A stretch of DNA of 26,335 nt from NCBI GenBank assembly GCA_900128585.1, contig LT642146.1, forward strand, positions 62,001 to 88,335, read 5' to 3'. Made by a program: the position numbers and the translations under genes. Under the pieces are notes generated by a model that was given only the letters and a program-made list of their open reading frames with translations, made no database searches and was not told the DNA's origin. This DNA comes from Stramenopiles sp. TOSAG23-3. Taxonomy: Eukaryota. Numbering within the stretch: the stretch's first letter is position 1; each line of letters starts with the position of its first letter. Of this stretch, positions 1 to 8,918 are shown one piece after another.

Positions 1-2
1 GA

Positions 3-1523
3 AGATTTGCTGGGGAAGAGGACGTGCCCTGCACTGGCGACGGGACATTTCGCAAAGCCCCGGCCTTGTGGCCGAAATGGCACCCTGCAAACGGGCTTGC
101 GATGCACCGGCTGCAGCTCCAGATTGCTCTCCATGGGTATTCCTTAGTCAAGCCAGGGGGCGTCTTCGTGTACTCTACCTGCTCCTTGAACCCTTTGGAA
201 AACGAAGCCGTCGTTGCTACGATAATCGAGGAGACCTCGTTTGGTTGCGATTTGTTGTCGGTGAAGGACTTGCTTCAAAATAGCGTGTTGACGGAGGACG
301 GGGTGACCGACTGGGTGTTGGACGGAAAAGAGTGGGGGGATGAAAAATCGCACCACAGTATTCTGCCGCCGTCTCAGCGCGGCCTCTCCTCCAAGAGGCG
401 CGCGCGACTAGACAAGCGGCTTAGGAAGACGGCTCGTTTGATGCCGCACAAGAGCGGCACAGGGGGCTTCTACATTGCCGTGTTTCGGAAAACAAAACCC
501 TGGTCCATGGGTGCGGCAAGTGCAGCCGGTGAAAGTGGCGCGTCGAGTGCGTGCCAAGAGCTGGACGAGGCCAGCGCATTGAATTTACTAAAGAATAGAA
601 TGGGATTCAAAGCGACGTCGTCTTCGGAAGCGAAAAGCGGCATTTGCCTGTACCCAGTTGATGGCAAAGAATTGAAAATGTTAAGGCGCAAATTCGATTT
701 CGCGAGCGTGGGCACCGAGGAAGGGAGGGCTTTGGTCACCACCAATCCACAGTCCCGCAGAGAGAACTTTGAAGAAGATGACAAACCGTTCAACATGGTC
801 TCGCAGGCCGCCAACAAACTCTTGGGCACGCTTCTGTCGAGCGAGGTTGCAGTAATTCACGCAGGGGTGTCTGTGCTTACGCGGCAGGCCCCCAACGATT
901 ACGACCATGGTGACTCAACGAGCGCGTTCTATGAAGCCAGCGAATATTGCCTTGTGCCCGACGGCATATGCCCATTTTTACCAGAAATTAATGCCCGGAA
1001 AATGTTAGTGTCTTTGCGTGATTTTGCGTTGCTGATTCATTTGCAGCTAAACGATTCCGGTTCCTCTGGCCTATCGGCAAAAACGTTGGGAGGCACTTTG
1101 TCGTCAAACCTTTTTGAGCTATTGTTATCTGTTTCGCCCGGCTCGTCCATTGCGGTGTATTTGGACCCAGAACTTTTTGTTAAAAAGGAGATCGCGGGCG
1201 ACGCGGTGCTTGCTTCGTCCGCAGGCAACAGCACTGGAGGAAAAAAACGCGTACGACGACGGAAAGTAAAACGTGGATCCGTGGCAAAGAATGCCGGTAG
1301 TTCGGGAAGCAATGTGCCAGAAACACTCCACGAAGTGAAGAAAGGCCCATACCAACCCATGGGCATCGTCCTATTTTCATTGGGCGAATCGTTTCACGTC
1401 CTGACACAACAAGATCGACTCGAGAGTTACCAGGACTACATCACTTCCTGTTTAGAAAACCCCTTTGCAGGAGATGAAGAGGATGATAGCGAGGATGAAA
1501 GCAGTCAGGAAGATGGCGATTAA
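3..1523 (+). CDS. NSUN2: NOL1/NOP2/Sun-family RNA cytosine-C5 methyltransferase, NSUN2/Trm4-like (5' part outside the window)
   Basis: Motif IV DVPCTGDGTFRK, W..W...GL.MHRLQ, motif VI YSTCSLNPLENEAVV, RLMPH..GTGGFYIAVFRK; frame open from position 3; basic NLS-like patch and acidic tail; the GTG at 24 is internal. Confidence 0.85.
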   Translation, partial: RFAGEEDVPCTGDGTFRKAPALWPKWHPANGLAMHRLQLQIALHGYSLVKPGGVFVYSTCSLNPLENEAVVATIIEETSFGCDLLSVKDLLQNSVLTEDGVTDWVLDGKEWGDEKSHHSILPPSQRGLSSKRRARLDKRLRKTARLMPHKSGTGGFYIAVFRKTKPWSMGAASAAGESGASSACQELDEASALNLLKNRMGFKATSSSEAKSGICLYPVDGKELKMLRRKFDFASVGTEEGRALVTTNPQSRRENFEEDDKPFNMVSQAANKLLGTLLSSEVAVIHAGVSVLTRQAPNDYDHGDSTSAFYEASEYCLVPDGICPFLPEINARKMLVSLRDFALLIHLQLNDSGSSGLSAKTLGGTLSSNLFELLLSVSPGSSIAVYLDPELFVKKEIAGDAVLASSAGNSTGGKKRVRRRKVKRGSVAKNAGSSGSNVPETLHEVKKGPYQPMGIVLFSLGESFHVLTQQDRLESYQDYITSCLENPFAGDEEDDSEDESSQEDGD

Positions 1524-1705
1524 TGCCATGCGTGTTTCATGTGTTTCGTATGATAAGTTCTTTTTGTTGTCTATAAGAGATAATTTAAAAAAAAAACAAA
1601 TTATATATGTGTATGAAATTTATAATTAAAATTACATGAAAAGGAACGTAAACCTGTAATGGACAAAAGGGAGCAGATTCACTTACGCGGTACACGAGGA
1701 AGAAT

Positions 1706-1805
1706 AAATTTTAATTTACTTAAAATAACAGCCAATTTTTTCGTTTATATTGAGAAGTACAAAAGGAGCTAAAAAGTATAAAATAACAGCCAATTTTCTT
1801 GTTTT
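1706..1805. repeat. Dispersed motif A cluster (2 copies of ACAGCCAATT)
   Basis: ACAGCCAATT at 1728-1737 and 1786-1795; 22-mer TAACAGCCAATTTTCTTGTTTT at 1784-1805 is identical to 9148-9169 and 22889-22910. Confidence 0.9.
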
Positions 1806-1888
1806 AAAAAAGTAATTTTCTGTATAAATATGATCTTCTTCATGTAATCATATCGCGAATGTGTACGTCTGCTCCTTGTTTTATAAAT

Positions 1889-2800
1889 TTAAAGCCTAAA
1901 CAATGGCTTTACGAACGCTCGCAGTACATCGATTTCATGTCGAGCATTGGTGTAATCCTCTCGCGAACCAGCTTCACCGACAGCCAAATTTGCAGCATTT
2001 AGGGCCTGACTCAAAATACCAACGTCTTTTTTTTCCCCTTCTAGAAAGCGCTTCATCCAGTAGATGTAGCGTTTACCCAGGTAGTCGTAATTCTCGTTCG
2101 GTGATTCTTCCCGTTTCGAGTTCAAAATATTTCCTACCTCCTGCATAATTTCATTGCCGTCTTTATTCATTCCTTCTCCTTCCCGCATAAAAACTTCCCT
2201 GGTAAATTCAGACGCCAGTTTCTCAACGGTCAATAGCTCTCCCCTAAACCGTTTTAAGTGATGCAAGATTGTGTCCACGTCGTAGTTTTCCCCCAAATCA
2301 ACGGCATCACCGTATTCCGTTTGTCCCTCTTTGAACAATCGTACGAGGAAGCCAGAGCGTGCAAATACCATACCGTTGGATTTGCAATACTCTGCACGCT
2401 CCGTGCAATTCAATTCCAAGCAAATTAATTCACGCATTGATTTTAGCTCATGGGCCAAGCTTTGAAATTTCTCCCTTCCTCTCTCAGCCCCCTCGACGTT
2501 TCGATAAAGAAGTAGCATGCTGTGCTTCTGAGAGGTTGACAATATTTCTTCCAGGTTTTCTCGGACGGGGTGGACGGCGGCTACAGCTTTGTCCGTATTG
2601 TCGCCCCTGCACTTTCGATTTAAAAACCCACCGCATTTTCTCCTAATAGGGCACCAACCATACCCATTTGCGATGCACTTTCCGCACGATATGATCGATT
2701 TCGCCCGTACCTTTTTGTTTGAAGAAGTGGTGGGGTTGGCGGTGGAAGAAGCAAGCACCAGGAAAACCACCAGCCCCAAAAGTTGTAGAAGCACCCGCAT
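1889..2800 (-). CDS. Secreted/ER protein: signal peptide, PSI-like Cys module, redox-inactive thioredoxin-like domain, ERp29/PDI-D-like helical C-terminus
   Basis: Hydrophobic N-terminus; SCGKC..GYGWCP..RKC..C; Trx-like FQSLAHELK..ICLELNCTERAEYC without active-site CxxC; C-terminal KRYIYWMKRFLE...IDVLRAF resembles the ERp29 C domain. Confidence 0.6.
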   Translation of the reverse strand: MRVLLQLLGLVVFLVLASSTANPTTSSNKKVRAKSIISCGKCIANGYGWCPIRRKCGGFLNRKCRGDNTDKAVAAVHPVRENLEEILSTSQKHSMLLLYRNVEGAERGREKFQSLAHELKSMRELICLELNCTERAEYCKSNGMVFARSGFLVRLFKEGQTEYGDAVDLGENYDVDTILHHLKRFRGELLTVEKLASEFTREVFMREGEGMNKDGNEIMQEVGNILNSKREESPNENYDYLGKRYIYWMKRFLEGEKKDVGILSQALNAANLAVGEAGSREDYTNARHEIDVLRAFVKPLFRL

Positions 2801-2984
2801 TAGATCTTGCTGTTCGAATTGATTAAATTGCTGTCCTTTCCACGATTCGCAAATGTTTTCGGTGTGCTCCTTCGAGATACAATGGTTAATAAATCTAATC
2901 TAATATGGAAAGTTGAAAACTGTTGAATAATTAATTGTACGTTTTCTCAAATTCAAAATATGATATTATTTATTGAAAAAAATC

Positions 2985-3041
2985 CTTCTTCTTCTTCTTC
3001 TTCTTCTTCTTCTTCCTTTTCTTCTTCTTCCTTTTCTTCTT
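2985..3041. repeat. (CTT)n microsatellite
   Basis: Direct reading. Confidence 0.95.
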
Positions 3042-3343
3042 GTACCAAGTATAAAAAAAAAGTAGGACTACAAAGTAGGACCATTATTATATAGAAATTT
3101 CAATGCTATTTCTATGTATTATGCTTGTAGTATTCAATAGCTACACGGAAGCATGAAGTGAATGAAGGAAGCGTAGTATAGAGTATTTTAATAATAATAA
3201 AAAAGAAATAATATAAAATATTGTATAATTAAAAAAAAAAGATCCCTCGCTCTCTCGTACACAGTACACGTAATAACTCTAATAATAGACTAACGATGCA
3301 CTCATATATGTTTTTTAGTTAATAAATACGAAAGCAAGTATTC

Positions 3344-3367
3344 CTTCTTCTTCTTCTTCTTCTTCTT

Positions 3368-3398
<31 letters not shown>

Positions 3399-3460
3399 TG
3401 ATGTCTTTCTTCTGTCTTTCTTCTTCTGTCGTCTTTCTTCTTCTTTTTCTTTCTTTTCTT
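3344..3460. repeat. (CTT)n microsatellite with degenerate pyrimidine tail
   Basis: Pure CTT run to about 3397, then interrupted copies. Confidence 0.95.
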
Positions 3461-3649
3461 ATCAAAAAATAAAATGCAGGCGTCTTTTATTCTTCTTTAT
3501 TTCTAAACGAACGATTGGAGACGAAAATTTTAAAACAAATTGCGGGCATATAATGAACGATTTAAACAGCAAAACTTGCACAGCCGAGGAGTATAAAAAC
3601 TTACGCGTTTCCCTACTTTTCAAACGTTTCCATGCGGTGACACTTTACA

Positions 3650-4396
3650 ATGGGTTCGGAAAGCATGCAGAAACGTCGTAAAACACGCACAGCTTACGTC
3701 CCTCGTATGGATCCCGGGAGGATCTTTTTGTTTTTCTTCCTCATATTTTGCGTAGTCGCTGGCATATACTTTGCTTATCGCCCCTCATCGGACCGGCAGA
3801 ATGCGGGAGCGCAAAACCGAGAGTTTTCAATGATGGAGTATTCAAAACAAAAACCCATACCATACAAGGAATGGGTGCGCAGAAGGCAAGAGATTGCGTT
3901 GAAGCCTCTGCATCCAGCAGCGACTCTGAACAAAACAGAAGTTGGAAAATGGATATTTAGAAAAGTGATGATTGACAATGAGTTGAAACCGCAGTATTAC
4001 AATATCAAAACCCACGAAGTCAAGTGGCTGAAGCCTCCGAAAGACCTAGCGCACTACGAAGAAGAGCTGGACAAAAATGCCGAAGTAGAAGGTGGAGGTG
4101 TCCTTTCTCTCATGGATATCCTCCTTAAACAACGGGCAGAGATGGATGCGAGAAAGAGTAAAAGCGAACGATCTGATGAAGATGAAGAGGACAGCGACGA
4201 GGAAATCGTTACGACAAAAGCGCCTGGCTCTGGACGAACAGTTGGAGAAGATAGAAATGACGGTGGATGGGTGTTTTCGCCAAAGGATGTTGTAGCAGAA
4301 AAGGAGAAGCGGAACGGCATGAAAATCAAGAAAGAGGAGGACGCAAAATCTAGAGTGAAAGAAGAGGACGAGAAGAGAAGGAAGAAGCTTACATAG
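3650..4396 (+). CDS. Single-pass membrane protein with WW-like domain and charged low-complexity tail
   Basis: ACAATGG start context; TM IFLFFFLIFCVVAGIYFAY; W-x13-YYNIKTHEVKWLKPP fits the WW pattern; E/K/D-rich C-terminus. Confidence 0.7.
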   Translation: MGSESMQKRRKTRTAYVPRMDPGRIFLFFFLIFCVVAGIYFAYRPSSDRQNAGAQNREFSMMEYSKQKPIPYKEWVRRRQEIALKPLHPAATLNKTEVGKWIFRKVMIDNELKPQYYNIKTHEVKWLKPPKDLAHYEEELDKNAEVEGGGVLSLMDILLKQRAEMDARKSKSERSDEDEEDSDEEIVTTKAPGSGRTVGEDRNDGGWVFSPKDVVAEKEKRNGMKIKKEEDAKSRVKEEDEKRRKKLT

Positions 4397-6577
4397 TTCT
4401 GTCAAATTAAATTGAAGTTTATCCTTTACTCCGCGGATACCGGTTGAGGGGTTCTCAAGTAAGAGTTTGACAACTTCTCTGTCATAGTAGTGGGGTTGTC
4501 CAGTATTAGTTTGAGAACTTATCTGTTCCAGTAATGTAATTTCCAATGGCACTTTACCGCCGCGGTCCATCGCAAACGCCTGAGATGGTTGCAGCTGTAA
4601 TAACAGTTTTACCAGTAACTCATCATGGAAGTGACGGAATTCGGTTGAGGGGTGCACCAGTAATAATTTGACAACTTCCCTGTGATTTTGCTCTATTGCA
4701 ATTCGCAATGGCACTTTTCTGTTGCGGTCCATCACATTTACATCAATTTTTGGGTGTGACAGTAAGAGTTTTACGACGCTATTAAACCCTTTTCTGCACG
4801 CGATATGAAGCCGTGTATCTCCATCTTTATTTTTCCCATTCGCAACAAAGGAGGTCTTCGATTCTATCTGTTTCCGTGTATAACGCAACAATTCAGATTC
4901 TTCCTTTTGTACTAGTATAGAAGCGTCGCCTACATGTAGGCAGGCTTGAACAGACACCATGACCCCCTTTAATTCGGGCACATCATTCATTGGTACAGGA
5001 AAAGTAATGCTGTTACCCCAGAACGCGTCATTGTTTATCCCAACAATATAAATGGGCCAAGAAACCGGCTTAAGCCTCAGGCCAATTTTATGACCACAAA
5101 AATTTGGCGGCGTGTTCATTTCAAAGAGTAAATGCACAGGCATCGTTTCATCTCCTGGACATGTTTTCAATTCCTCAAACATACCATGCTGATCCCAGTG
5201 AAATGCTCGGTCTCCTACCAGAACAATAAGTGAGCAGGTCCTGTTGGTAGCAGCAGAATTTCCCTTTGTTTCTTTGATTTCGCTGGTAATTTTTGCAATC
5301 TTCCCCATTGCTTTCCGTGCTTGTGCTGGTTCAACATGTTGCAAAACTTGAACTAACGGTATTTTGTTTCCCCATTTGTTTAACGGGTTTGTAAAAACAT
5401 TAACGTTTTGGATTGTGTTATCTGCTTCTACTCTCACCATTTCAAGTTGGTTTGGCATTTCAAGTTGGGCCGGTGCTGTGGTGTCATTTCGAACTTTACT
5501 TTGGGAAGATGCGCTGGATTTTCTTCGTGTGATGTAGCGATAAAGTCCTAGAAAAATCAGCAAAGGGGGAAATGAAAATAAAATAGATTGCCAAATTGCA
5601 TTTCTTCTTCTTGTTTCGTGCGGAAAGTCGGAATTAGTCTCGTCATCAGTTAACCGAAACAAAGGGCAATCACGCAGAAGAGTATAATCTCCTTTCGCGC
5701 AATTTTTGGTCCTGTCGCAGCTTCCAGCAGAACAAGATTTACAAGCAGTCAATCCAGTCAATCCCGTTCGGTCCCCGTACTTTCCAGCAGGGCAGGGCAG
5801 ACTTGACATGCCTCTTAGACAGTACGTTCCTCTTGGACAAAGCGAACATTGTGATTTTTTTGTCATTCCTTTATCCATAGTAACTTTTCCTGCATCGCAG
5901 TCCGAGCAGGCGCTTAATGCCACCTGCCCCGTCCGGTCCCCGTACTTTCCAGCAGGGCAAGGCATGGTCGAAATGGCAGTTGGACAGTACGATCCTTTTG
6001 AGCAAAGCGAGCATTGCGACGTTCCTTTTTCCAAAGCAATGGTTCCTGTCTCGCAGTCAGAGCAAGCACTGGATGCCGTCTGCCCCGTCCGGTTCCCGTA
6101 CTTTCCAGCAGGGCAAGGAGTCGCCTCACCGGCTGTCCCTGAACAATAATATCCCGAAGGACATGTGGAGGAAGTATATGGGCATGCCAAGGATTCGCTT
6201 GTTTGGACGCCTGGAGGGCATACAGTAAACCACTTCTGCACTTTTTCTTTCCCATCATAACTAGAAGGCCCACTCCACTCTGGGAAGATGACCGTCCTGT
6301 CCTCCCCAACAACCTTCAACTTTGCACCGTTCCAACCGTCGCCGTAGGTATCCCAACCCACGACCGCGACGTTACCTCGTTGTAGGCATGCGTTCTTCGT
6401 GTCTCCTCCCTGGCCAGATAAAACTACACCCCCGTATTGTAAGATTTCCCACATAACTTCTGAACCAAAGGAACCCTCGGTACAATCAACCGTGACGGAT
6501 ACTTCACCGCCCGGGCAGGCCCACGCAACAGTGAAGGCCAAGGCTGCACTCCACAGAAGAATAATTCGAAAGATCAT
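4046..6577 (-). CDS. Receptor-like type I membrane protein: signal peptide, D(S/T)YGDGWNG domain, Cys-rich GCC2/GCC3 (ephrin-receptor-like) repeats, TM, cytosolic ankyrin repeats; 3' end uncertain
   Basis: Likely start Met at 6577 (ORF track 6607); GWDTYGDGWNGA; three PCPAGKYG.RTG...C..C repeats; TM ILFSFPPLLIFLGLY followed by RRK; ankyrin GDTRLHIACRKGFNSVVKLLLSHPKIDVN; last 117 codons overlap the opposite gene. Confidence 0.75.
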   Translation of the reverse strand: MIFRIILLWSAALAFTVAWACPGGEVSVTVDCTEGSFGSEVMWEILQYGGVVLSGQGGDTKNACLQRGNVAVVGWDTYGDGWNGAKLKVVGEDRTVIFPEWSGPSSYDGKEKVQKWFTVCPPGVQTSESLACPYTSSTCPSGYYCSGTAGEATPCPAGKYGNRTGQTASSACSDCETGTIALEKGTSQCSLCSKGSYCPTAISTMPCPAGKYGDRTGQVALSACSDCDAGKVTMDKGMTKKSQCSLCPRGTYCLRGMSSLPCPAGKYGDRTGLTGLTACKSCSAGSCDRTKNCAKGDYTLLRDCPLFRLTDDETNSDFPHETRRRNAIWQSILFSFPPLLIFLGLYRYITRRKSSASSQSKVRNDTTAPAQLEMPNQLEMVRVEADNTIQNVNVFTNPLNKWGNKIPLVQVLQHVEPAQARKAMGKIAKITSEIKETKGNSAATNRTCSLIVLVGDRAFHWDQHGMFEELKTCPGDETMPVHLLFEMNTPPNFCGHKIGLRLKPVSWPIYIVGINNDAFWGNSITFPVPMNDVPELKGVMVSVQACLHVGDASILVQKEESELLRYTRKQIESKTSFVANGKNKDGDTRLHIACRKGFNSVVKLLLSHPKIDVNVMDRNRKVPLRIAIEQNHREVVKLLLVHPSTEFRHFHDELLVKLLLQLQPSQAFAMDRGGKVPLEITLLEQISSQTNTGQPHYYDREVVKLLLENPSTGIRGVKDKLQFNLTELCKLLPSLLVLFFHSRFCVLLFLDFHAVPLLLFCYNILWRKHPSTVISIFSNCSSRARRFCRNDFLVAVLFIFIRSFAFTLSRIHLCPLFKEDIHERKDTSTFYFGIFVQLFFVVR
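5750..6150. repeat. Intragenic tandem duplication (about 156-165 bp units) encoding the Cys-rich repeats
   Basis: CCGTACTTTCCAGCAGGGCA recurs near 5775, 5940 and 6096. Confidence 0.9.
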
Positions 6578-7008
6578 GTTGTTTAAGATATAAAATAATT
6601 TACTCATTCATCAATTCATTCATATAAAAACGTATAATTCAAAACTAAATCAATAAACATATATACATGCATTTGTATATATTTATGTTTCCATGAATTT
6701 TTCTATTTTTTACATTCATTCATTTCACTAAAACTCATTTTCATTTTTCTTCTCCGTCTTTTCCTTCCTTCTCTCTGTGATGCTGTTGTTCTTATTTTTT
6801 CTATTTATCATCATTGATCACACCACTTTTCTTCACTTATATTATTTTCTTCACTTATTTATTATATTTTTTATTATAGTATTTATACTATTATTACATC
6901 ATATATTTATCATACGAGATCTAATGACATTATTATTTAAATTATATCTGTAGTACGCACGCAGACCCCCCCACTTTTTTTTCTTTCCCTTCCTCCTTTC
7001 CAAACAAA

Positions 7009-7071
7009 GTACCAGGTACCTTTAATACCGGTATTAATACCAGGTATTAAATACCTGTACCTGTACCAGGT
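7009..7071. repeat. Nested TACC(A)GGTA palindrome cluster
   Basis: Perfect TTAATACCGGTATTAA 7022-7037 overlapping TTAATACCAGGTATTAA 7034-7050, flanked by GTACCAGGTAC and TACCTGTACCTGTACCAGGT. Confidence 0.85.
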
Positions 7072-7401
7072 GTATTATATCCTAATTATTTCCTCCTGTT
7101 AGTGTCTATTATTATTTTTATGATCGATAAATATTGTCGATGAATAAATGCTCCTCCGAAAAAGACTTTTCTGAAGAATTTTCAAATCCTCTCTAATACA
7201 GCTGGTGTGTTTACATTAAATGTTATAAAATATTATTTACTAATACATATGAAAACCGAGTAAAGAATTAATTTTTTTTATACTCCCGGCTGCTAGAATT
7301 AAAACTAGGGCAGCGCCAGTGTTAAGGGCTTCCGGCATTGCGGCGCCCTGTTCACGTGTTCCGCGTCTGGGTATGGCGGCATCCATTGTTTGTGCTACGA
7401 T

Positions 7402-7713
7402 CTACGTTGTGATTTGGTCGCTGCTGGCCTGCGGGTCTAGATTTGTGTCCAGCTCATCCTCGCATATGCCTTTCTCTTCAGGGTCGCCGGGTGGCACCTG
7501 TTCGTATATGAGTGAGGTTGCTCCAAATACCATATCGTTGCCTGACAGGTTGTTTTCCAAGCGCCCGATCTCTTTAAGAACTTTGTTCCCATATTGTAGG
7601 CATCGGATGCGTGGGCGGGAGGCTTGATCTTGCAGGGATTGGAAGGCCTCCTTGAAATCTGCCGTGAGTGGTTCTGAGGTTCCGTCGGGGCTCAGGCTTG
7701 TCATAGTGTCCAT
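7402..7713 (-). other. GC-rich ORF of unknown status (small gene, second exon or pseudogene fragment)
   Basis: 103-aa ORF in a coding-like GC island that continues about 100 bp past its TAG; no recognisable domain. Confidence 0.3.
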
Positions 7714-7775
7714 ATATATATATAAAAATAAAATCCAATTTTAAATGTACACCCGTGGCTTGGGAGTTGGAAAGC

Positions 7776-8198
7776 TCACAGTTCGTCGCCTCGAAGTTTC
7801 AGTTTTTTGTTCTCTTCTTCCACCTTCTTCAATCGTCTGCGAAGCTCCACAACTTCATCCGATTCCTTTCGCCCCTTTCCGTCCCTTTTGCTATTCTTGA
7901 CTTTTCGGTAGGCCAGCTTCCTTTCCATTTGAATATTTTTGTGGGCCTGCTGCCTGCTTTTCTTTATGTGGTGATGCCCGTGATGGGTTTGTATGTGCAC
8001 CAACGCCCATATCGCTATAGCTACAAAGGCGAAAAACGTGTACAGAAACTTTTTTGCCAAAGGCGACGGATTAAATATGATCTTATGGTGCTCGCGTGTC
8101 ATAGCAAGGTTGCGAAGAGTACCTTTCACAAAGCTGGCGCCATCTTCCCGTTTCTTCTCCGTTTTTGACTGTAAACGATTGGCCCGCGCCGCTGACAT
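7776..8198 (-). CDS. Small single-TM protein with His-rich patch, coiled coil and C-terminal GDEL
   Basis: GAAATG start; TM FLYTFFAFVAIAIWALV; HHGHHH; ELRRRLKKVEEENKKLK; ends RGDEL. Confidence 0.6.
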   Translation of the reverse strand: MSAARANRLQSKTEKKREDGASFVKGTLRNLAMTREHHKIIFNPSPLAKKFLYTFFAFVAIAIWALVHIQTHHGHHHIKKSRQQAHKNIQMERKLAYRKVKNSKRDGKGRKESDEVVELRRRLKKVEEENKKLKLRGDEL

Positions 8199-8837
8199 TT
8201 CTGACCTTTACGCGAAGTGTGCGCGGGAGCCCCTCTCTATATTTGTGTTTTTGAAAGACAATACCATTCCAGAGATGCAGGGGAAAAAACATCTGTCTTC
8301 AACAAAACTCAAACCGACGATTGTTTCCGAAAAAAATGAAGCCAAGACAAGAAAAAAAAAGTACTGCATTTGGTAGAACTAAAAATGTTTTAATTCACAG
8401 TGTATAATAATACGGCATCATGCAGACCTATTTATTATAGTTTTCTAGACGTCTGTAGTTGTATAGTACTGGTAGTACTATAAAAAACTAAAATAACTAC
8501 TAAATATATTATTACTTCCTTTATTATTTACATAATATATGTGATACCAAGGAGGAGGTAAATAGACAGACAATGAAAATAATAGCTCCTCTTCTGGCTT
8601 CGTACTCTGACCTCGCTCGATGTCTACGAGGACGTATTTTAATATAATACCACCGACCGGGCTTTCCTCTTTATTATTATTATTAATATATTATAGAACA
8701 AGCAGTGAGTTTTTTAAATAATGTTTTCGTTGTTTGTTGTTGTTCGTTTTATTATATGGCATTGAAGAAAAAAACATACTTTTTTATTACGTACTTCGTT
8801 AATTATATAAGAGGGTAAGTTACTTCTCGTTAATATA

Positions 8838-8918
8838 TGCTTTAAGACTCTCACTTTATAATTCAGTCATTGATTCTTCGAAATCAAAAATTGTAGTATA
8901 TATGAGAGTCTTAAAGCA
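8838..8918. repeat. Motif B inverted repeat (MITE-like)
   Basis: TGCTTTAAGACTCTCA 8838-8853 and exact reverse complement TGAGAGTCTTAAAGCA 8903-8918, 49-nt spacer. Confidence 0.85.

Noticed and set aside
1784-1805. Resemblance of motif A to the dinoflagellate spliced leader or an Sm site
   Set aside because: Only a few bases match; copies lie at 3' ends with no SL RNA structure
4046-4400. Ankyrin plus multi-TM channel (TRP-like) reading of the hydrophobic tail
   Set aside because: Hydrophobicity is explained by antisense translation of GAA/AAG-rich codons
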